Assembly: GCA_976226885.1 (NCBI GenBank)
Contig: OZ320319.1
Location: 45,818,001-45,882,000, forward strand
Length of the DNA: 64,000 bases
DNA from: Iphione sp. A-MEVVRFRX5
Taxonomy: Eukaryota
Reading direction: 5' to 3'
Below, piece by piece: positions 56,330 to 64,000 of this stretch. A program made the position numbers and the translations under genes. How positions within the stretch are numbered: the stretch's first letter is position 1; each line of letters begins with the position of its first letter. The notes beneath the pieces are model-generated. The model was not told the origin of the DNA. It ran no database searches and saw only the letters and a program-made list of their open reading frames with translations.

Positions 56330-56776
56330 TAGCAGCTAATTTTTATTTATCGTCACACTACACATATAAAACGTTGCCTGAAAGTAGGTCCGGCCATGGG
56401 GAGGAACTCTCACACAGATGTGATTTAAGACAGAGATTATTTTTCAAAATTTCTTATGTATCCAGTGAAAATATTGTAAAACAATACAAATTTATGCATT
56501 TGGTTGAGAAGTGAAAGGATTAGGGATTTTGAGGCAAGGATGCAATATCATTTGCTGTTGTTGATCACTGATTTATATAGGCTGGGTATCTGTGAGGTAA
56601 AGCAAGGGACTAAAACAAGGGCAGGACATAAGGTGCGATTGACTTATGAGTGCCCAATTTTAACTATATTTGAAAAAAGTTTCTTGGTGGAGGGCATAAG
56701 ATGTTGGAATAATTTAACCTGTAATGTTACATCTCAGAATTGCAAAGAAATCAAGGCATATACAAAGAAGTTATGA
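56330..56776 (+). mobile_element. 3' remnant of a CR1/L2-group LINE
   Basis: KSFLVEGIRCWNNL parallels ASLQYEGVRRWNTL of the LINE at 52294-52659. Confidence 0.55.
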
Positions 56777-57152
56777 GTGTTGTTTGTTAGGCGTGTTAAG
56801 CTGATATTGAAAAGCATGATTTAGTATCATGTTGATATAGTGAAAATGTTAATTAGTGGAGATATTTATGTATTCTTTGGCCACAATGAGCAGCAAGGTG
56901 TTGTACAACTGAATATGAGCTTTATGTTGAAAACCCCTATTGCAGGTGAGGCTGCAACTCAAACTAATTTTGAATTCGATTTTGAATTTGAAATTCTCTT
57001 CACTATATCCTGATTTTTCCTGAAACTCAGGAAACAAAATATAATCCGAGGAACTATTTGCTATGAGGGCTTTAAACTTGAAGGACTTCACTTGGTCACA
57101 CCTCCTTTCCCAACCACCACAACCCCTTCCTTCAGTCAGGGCCATCACAATC

Positions 57153-57154
<2 letters not shown>

Positions 57155-57187
<33 letters not shown>
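57155..57187. repeat. (GA)n microsatellite
   Basis: Direct inspection. Confidence 0.95.
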
Positions 57188-57191
<4 letters not shown>

Positions 57192-57423
57192 GTGCAAATG
57201 CCAAAGGTGATTGTTCTATGTTAAAAAGCTGAACTCAAAAGATGGCTTGTCTCATAAATCAAACACAGAACAATCTGCTCACTTGGCCAATAGAAATGAC
57301 TTACAGTGAAATGCCTCAACAGCAGACATCAGTGGGACTGTCCTCCAAGTGTCCGCTGTCAGAGGTGTCTGCTGTGTCTGAGCTCTGTACTTATAAGGTA
57401 CCAATAAGCAATAATAAAAAATC

Positions 57424-60400
57424 TGTAGAGAGAGGAGCAGATCTGAGCTGGTGGTAAACAGGAAGTGCTTTATTGAACCTCTATGTCAGGAGAGTTCCAA
57501 AATAGTGATAAAGATCGCTATCCTCTACATCTCCCTTTTTTTAAAAAAAACTTAAAATGTTTAAGAAAGTTCTTTAAATTTCGTAAGATTTGGAAAGAGT
57601 CCTTTAAGAGTCTTTTCAAATTGAAGAAATGTCTGTAATGGACTTTACATGTGTGAATAGTCTTTGAGCAACTATTGTTGAGAAGTAAAAGTGTGATAAT
57701 CAAAACAGTAAAATTAACTTGCATAATAAGGAAATCATTGCAATAGACTGTGGCTCATTCCTATGATGTTACTGGCATTATTCTGGCCATTGTGTAACAT
57801 CTTGTTGTTACTTTGTAACATAGTCTTTCGTCAAGTATGCTGGTGGTCGGGATGTGTGACCAGATCTCATGACTGCTCTCGGCTTGCCTGAAGGGGTCTT
57901 GGTTCATGACTGGCACAATCACTGGCTGTGGTGGTACAGGGCTTGATTGGTGAGGTGTGTCAAGCCTTTCCTGAGTCTCCCTTAAGTGGTGACGGTTTCG
58001 CCATAACAGCTGGTCTTTGGCATAGACTATATAGGAGCAAGGACCAACCTTTTCTTGTACTGTGCCTAGAGTCCAGACAGAAAATGTTTGTGGTTTTGCT
58101 TGGACTCCCACCGGTTGTCCGATTGTCAACTGTGGCAATGGCTTGCGGCTGTGGTCATAGCTACGCTTGTTCTTCTGTTTCCTCTTAGCCAGCTTTTCAG
58201 GTACAGTGTTGATGATGTGAGGCATATACTTTGTCTTGGCTGCAGGTAGTAGTGACCTGGTCTGTCTGGATATGAGTCACTGCGGGACTGGAGTCCAGGT
58301 CTTGGGATGGTGTGTTGCGTTGTTCAAGCAGCATGATGTAGATGTCTGTCTTGTTCTTTTTCGCCCTTTTCATCAGATTTTTGACAACTTTTACTGTTGC
58401 TTCCGCTCTGCCATTACCTTGTGGATGATGTGCTGAGCTGGCGATGTGTTTGAACTCGTGTTTCCTTGCGAACTCTGCAAACTCACTCGACGCGTAGTTA
58501 GTTCCATTGTCGCTGATGAGGACTGATGGGATTCCATGTATACTGAAGTTTCGCTTTAGGAACTTGATCACTGACTTCGACGTCATGTTTGGTAGCTCAT
58601 CAACATCGATTAAGTCACTGTAGTGGTCAACAACCACAACGTAATGTCTTCCTTCAAGCTCAAAACAATCTGAGCTCAGAATCTGGTAGGGATAATTTGG
58701 AATTGGATGACTCATCATTGGTTCTTTCTGTTGGTTCACGGCTGACTCACAACAGATACTGCACTGCCCAACAGTATCTGTGACTTCAGTGTTCATCCTT
58801 GGCCAGTAGATGACACCACAGCAGTGACGAAGGGTTGCTTGAATCCCTTGGTGAGAGGCATGTGCCTTCTCAATCATCTCAGCTCGCATGTCTCAGGGAA
58901 TGATCACGCTGGTACCACGGTACAGGAATCCACCACTGCATGCAAGTTCATCTCGTTAAGGCCAGTATTCACGCACGGCCTGGGAAACAGCTTGTTTGTC
59001 ATCAGGCCATCCAACGTTGATGACATTTGCTAACTGCTGTATGACTACATCCTTGGCTGTGTAGAGGCAGATCCTACTCAACGTTTTGCTGCTCACAGAC
59101 ACATCAAGTGAGCTGTCTGTGGTCTCCAACTCAGTGTAAATAGAGTCTTCAGTGCCCAACTGGTAGACTAGGCACTCTGTGTCAACATGCCCTGGTTGCA
59201 ATGGAAGAAAGGCCCTGCTCATGACATCAGAGACAAACATTTCTAGACCCTTTTTGTAGCAGACTGTCAGGTCACATTTCTGTAGACGCAGTCTCATCCT
59301 TTGCAGGTGCTTTGGAGAAGTAAGAATCGACTTTTTGAAGATCATCTTGAGGGATTTGTGATCACTCAACATGGTGACGTGCTTCCCTAAGACATAATTG
59401 TCAAACTTCTCCAATGCAAAGCAGATAGCTAGGCATTCCTTCTCCAGCTGACAGTAATTCTGCTCAGTCTTCGACAATGCTCTGCTGGCAAAACACATGG
59501 GCTGTCCTCCTTGCATCAGCACTGCACCCAGACCTACTGAGCTTGTATCGCACTCAACAGTGACTGGTTGTGACATGTCGTAGTAGCATAGAATGGGTGC
59601 TTCTGTGATCATCTTCTTCACTCTTTGAAAGGCTGTCTCATGTTGCGGTAGCCACTCAAAGGGACGGTCCTTGTCGCATAGATGTTGCAGAGGTTCGCAG
59701 ATCTCTGATAACTTATTGAGAAACCTGCCCAAGTAGTTGGTCATGCCAAGTAAACGTTGTACAGCTTGAACATTTTCGGGCTGAGGCATCTCAACAATTG
59801 CCCTGACTTTCTCAGGATCAGGAGAAAGCCCTTTTCTGTCAATAACATGTCCCATGTATTCTACTGAGGTGAGCTTGAACTTTAGCTTCCTTTTGTTTAG
59901 CTTCAGGTTGCACACTCTGGCTCTCTCAAGGAGTTTGATGAATGTGACATCATGTTGGCGAACGGCTTCTTCATAGGTGTCACCTGATCCATAGATGAGG
60001 ATGTCATCGGGGTGACTTCAATGTTGTTGAGGCCCTCAAGTTTCTCGGTGAGTTGTCGGCCAAACTCTTCTGGGGCTGAACTGATGCCAAATGGCATGCG
60101 TAGCCATCGATACCTTCCTTGTGGAGTCCAAAAAGTAGTAAGATAACTAGACTCTTCATCAAGTTCGACTTGCAAAAATCCATCTTTTGCATTGGCCACA
60201 CTGTACACTTGTGACTTTCCAAGGCGGGGTGCAACATCTTCGATGGTCCTCATCGGAAAGTGTGGTCTGCGTATTGCCTTATTCAGGTCTTTCGGGTCTA
60301 TGCAGATTCTCAGCTTCCCAGGTTTCTTCACAGTCACCATGTTGCTGATCCATCTGGTTGGCTCAGTCACTTTTGCGATGGTCCCATCTTGTTCTAGTTG

Positions 60401-62346
60401 CTTGAGTTTCAACTTGAGCTCACTGTGTAGTGGAACTGGCACCTGTCATGGTTGGTTCTGCACACTGGGAATGGATGGATCTGTCTCAATGTGGTAAGAT
60501 CCAATTTTTCCAAGTCCCTCAAAGACGTCCTTGTAGTCTTTAAAGACTTGTTCTTGTGTGAGCTCCTCTGAAGATATCACATGGACAACCTCCTCTTTGT
60601 TGAAGTCGATCAGCTTCAACTTCTCACATGCATTACCGGACAAGAGTGTGCATGGACCATCTTCGATGAGCTCGAAGCATAGCAATCTTCACTTGTTGCT
60701 ATCTGTCACATGTAGCCGGGCTGCTCCTAGGACATGCTCTATAGTCCTGTTAAACATCCTCAGGCGGGTGGATGAGCAGCATTTGAGGTTCATCGCTCTG
60801 CATGACAGCACAATAGTCCCGATACGTCATGATGTTGCATGTTGCTCTGGAATCCAGCTGGCATCAGATCGTGTGCTTCCCTCCATCAGGCTGTTCAAAT
60901 GCAAGGTTAGAGAAATACTGGTGCTTGTCCTTGTTGTGACCGGACACAACAAAGATGGGTTCTTCATCGGAAAACTCATCGTCATCTACAAGGTGCACCT
61001 TCTTCCTTGAATATTTCTTCTTCTGACTTCGGTCAGTGGTGTAAGACTGGCCAGATCCTGTGCCTTGCTTCTTCTTGGACATGCAAACCTTGCCAAAATG
61101 ATTCTTCCCTTGACACTTGCTGCAAGTTTTCCCAAATGCAGGACAAACACTTTGGTTGTGTGGATGCTCTCCACTGCAATACTTGCATATTGTATTGGGC
61201 TTGCTCGACACTTTATCTGCTCTCTTCTTGCCTTTATGTACATAATGCACTGAGGCATCCTCTTTAAGGCTGAGGGTCTGCAACTGCTTCGTCGCAATCT
61301 CGGTAGCTCGGCAGATCTCTTTTGCTACGTCTAAAGTGAGATCCTTGACCCGAAGGAGCTTCATCCTAATGTTATTGTCATGAATACCAATCACAATCCG
61401 ATCACATATCAGCTGTTCTTCAAGAGTGCCATAATCACAGGTACTCGCTAAATTACACAATCTTTTAATGAAAGCGTCAACAGTTTCATCTGACTTTTGT
61501 GTAGCTGTGCCAAAAACATATCGCTCATACACAGGATTCACTTTGGGCTTAAAATACGCTTCAAGGGCATCAAGAGTTTGCTTTGGATTTTTTTTCGTTC
61601 CTCCTCCGAAATTGTCCAGTATTTAAGGATCATGTTTCAATCCTTACCCATCACAGATAATAGTGTCGCTACTTGCACAGTGTTTGGTTTCTTGTCAAGT
61701 TCAGTTGTTATGCAGTAATTTTCTAAACGTTTCCGAAAATAATTCCAGTTCTCAGCCACATTTCCCTCGACTGACATTGCAGCGGGAACGGGATACCAAC
61801 CAGCGCCATTTCAATTTTGACTTCCTTGTATTAGATGTAGACAGTTCTATTTACTCAACCGGTAGAAAAATACTAAACTGTCAGTGTGCAAAGAAACACA
61901 GTCACTCTTCCATTTCTTCAAATATCCTGTCTGTCTATCCTCTTGTATAACTTGTCACCAATATTACATTAAACTTAGCAAACTGTGGGTTTCCCAGTAA
62001 TATTGTCAATTTCAGTGACTAGTTAGACAGTACAGTCCCTATGAGCACATGGTGTAGGTACAGACAAAGGAGCACATGGTGATACTAACAGTGACTATCT
62101 TAAAATATGTCCCTATTCAAAGTCTTTCAAGTTTCAATCTTTCACAGGTTTATCTACACCTGTTCTCTTTTAAAATAATAATACTTTTAGGTAACTTAGC
62201 TGTGTGTAGACTTTGTAGCATTAGTTTACTTCTGACACCATGTAGAGAGAGGAGCAGTTCTGAGCTGGTGGTAAACAGGAAGTGCTTTATTGAACCTCTA
62301 TGTCAGGAGAGTTCCAAAATAGTGGTAAATATCGCAATCTTCTACA
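57424..62346 (-). mobile_element. Older Mag-like Ty3/Gypsy element, defective
   Basis: 106-bp LTRs (57424-57529, 62241-62346; 5 differences); PBS TGGTGTCAGAAGT at 62228-40 (tRNA-Leu CAA type); PPT after 57529; imperfect 5-bp TSD AAATC/AGATC. Confidence 0.93.
57761..61870 (-). pseudogene. Fragmented gag-pol of the older Mag-like element
   Basis: Double-knuckle gag, LRICIDP and RYRWLRMPFG RT, ECDTS RNase H, SDNG integrase; multiple frameshifts. Confidence 0.9.
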
Positions 62347-62654
62347 AGATCAATAAACAATCAAAATAGCAACATTTAGTTTAATTATTTATTATGCAAG
62401 ACCCTGTGGCCAAGCCCTCCACTTTTTCAATAAGGTTTTAAGAAGCAATAATTATGGATCAATAGTACATGTAATGTACATGTAAAATGTTTTTTCCTAC
62501 ATTTGTTCCCCTAGACAATTGCCTGTGTAATTGATGTTATAAGAAAAGAATAAGCAAGTCATAATCTAAGTTTAATAATTTATTTATAATTAGATAAATA
62601 ACTTCTATATACAATACGCATCTGTTGTCAATACATGTATAGAAGGGAAATTGC

Positions 62655-62820
62655 TAAAATCATCAATCATCAATCATCATCATCAATCATCATCATCATC
62701 AATCATCGATCATTATCAATCATCGATCATCATCATCAATCATCATTGATCATCATCAATCATCAATCATCATCAATCACCATCATCATCAATCATCATC
62801 ACCATCATCATCATTATCCA
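62655..62820. repeat. ATC/CATCAAT microsatellite
   Basis: Direct inspection. Confidence 0.9.
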
Positions 62821-64000
62821 TCCTCCTCTGCCTCCTCCCTGGCATCCTGGACTAGCCTCTCCTCCCAGCCTCTGTCCAGAGGATCATGGGCTGGGCACTC
62901 CTTGTCCAGGTGCTCCTGGGGAGCCAGAGGATCATTGAGTCCTAGACCTTCCTGAGCCCTTCTCACAAGTTTAGCCAGGGGAAGGTCATCTTCATCAGTG
63001 TCCTCCAGTGAGGTGTCCTCAGGTGACACTGGCTTCACCCCACACCTCTGGAAACACCTCTGCACTGTGGTGGCCCTGATTCCCTTGATGGACCCAGCTG
63101 ATGGCCATGAGAACATCAACAAATCTGGAGATGACCAGGGGATCATTGCCAACATCAGCCTGACTGATCACATGCTCTAGTAGAAATCCCCTGATCCAGA
63201 TGTTGGAGGACACTGGTAGTGTTGGCAGGGAGGTAGATGACCTTCACATGGCTGAGCTTAAGGTCCTTTTGATGTGATGGGGCATTGTCCAGGAGAAGGG
63301 CAACATGCCTTCCCCTGGCCTTCATCCTGTTGTTGAACTGGATCAGCTACTCCTCAAAAAGACCAATAGGCATCCAGGTTTCTTATTTGCCTTCCAGGTT
63401 ACATGTAGTCTTGAAGTGTCCAGGTTCCTGAAGCACCTGGGTTTGTCAGCCTTGCCAATGACCAGGGGTTTCTGGAACTTCGCAGTCATGTTCAAACACA
63501 GCCACACTGTCAGCCTCTCCTTTGCCTTTTTCCCTGCTGTGGCATCAGTCCCCTTGACTGACAGGGTCTTGTCTGGCAGTGCTCTGAAGAATAGCCCAGT
63601 TTCATCAACATTGAAGAAATTACTGGGCTGGTAATCCTGAAGGAGCCTGGGGAGTCTGTCCAGCCACTCCTCTATTTGGTCCTGTGGGACAAACCCCCTC
63701 TCACCAGACATCTTCAGGGCTGCAATGTTGTGCCTGGCCTTGAACTGGTACACCCATCCATTTGATGCCTTGAAGTCAGGGATCTCCAGCTGGGTAGCCA
63801 CCTCCAGGGCCTTGGCCTGGATCATGGGCCGACACAGGAATGTTGATTGATCTCAGCCTGGAAAACCATGTAAACATTGTGGAGTCCAGGTTGCTCTGGA
63901 TAGGCAGGGTAACTTTTCTGGGATTAGATGTGGTTTCATACTGCTCCAGGAGTTCTTTCCTCTTCAGTATGGAGGCCACCTATGTCTTGCCAATTTTCCA
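62814..64000 (-). mobile_element. Tigger/pogo (CENP-B-type HTH + DDE_1) transposase remnant running off the window edge
   Basis: FKASNGW..FKARH, FNVDETGLFF, KERLTV, KPLVIGK; frameshifted. Confidence 0.9.

Overview
Eukaryotic (invertebrate-like, CpG-depleted) genomic DNA; the species cannot be determined. One host gene is present: a 7-exon, minus-strand BPHL/valacyclovir-hydrolase-type alpha/beta hydrolase (ATG 30635 to stop 3904, about 313 aa, Ser-Asp-His triad intact). The rest is nested transposable elements: an intact 4-exon Crypton tyrosine-recombinase transposon in BPHL intron 1; a young Ty3/Gypsy element (40315-49193, identical 187-bp LTRs, ATAT TSD, open gag and pol); two defective Mag-like Gypsy elements; a decayed relative of the young Gypsy; a solo LTR; and LINE, Penelope, piggyBac, Tigger and MITE remnants plus tandem repeats. 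Two systems stand out. (1) The young Gypsy appears to encode its own transcription factor. An 839-aa two-finger C2H2 protein is fused to the end of Pol and also lies behind a canonical internal CCAAT-CCAAT-TATA-Inr promoter. The standard zinc-finger code predicts it binds GCG-GAG, and that hexamer is clustered around the LTR TATA box, the internal promoter and, with identical spacing, the TATA box of a dissimilar solo LTR. This resembles the foamy-virus Tas circuit. (2) The Crypton carries an internal inverted copy of its own predicted circle junction, capped by a GCA-triloop hairpin, suggesting a fold-back ssDNA recombination substrate. All analysis was by eye; novelty against databases was not checked.
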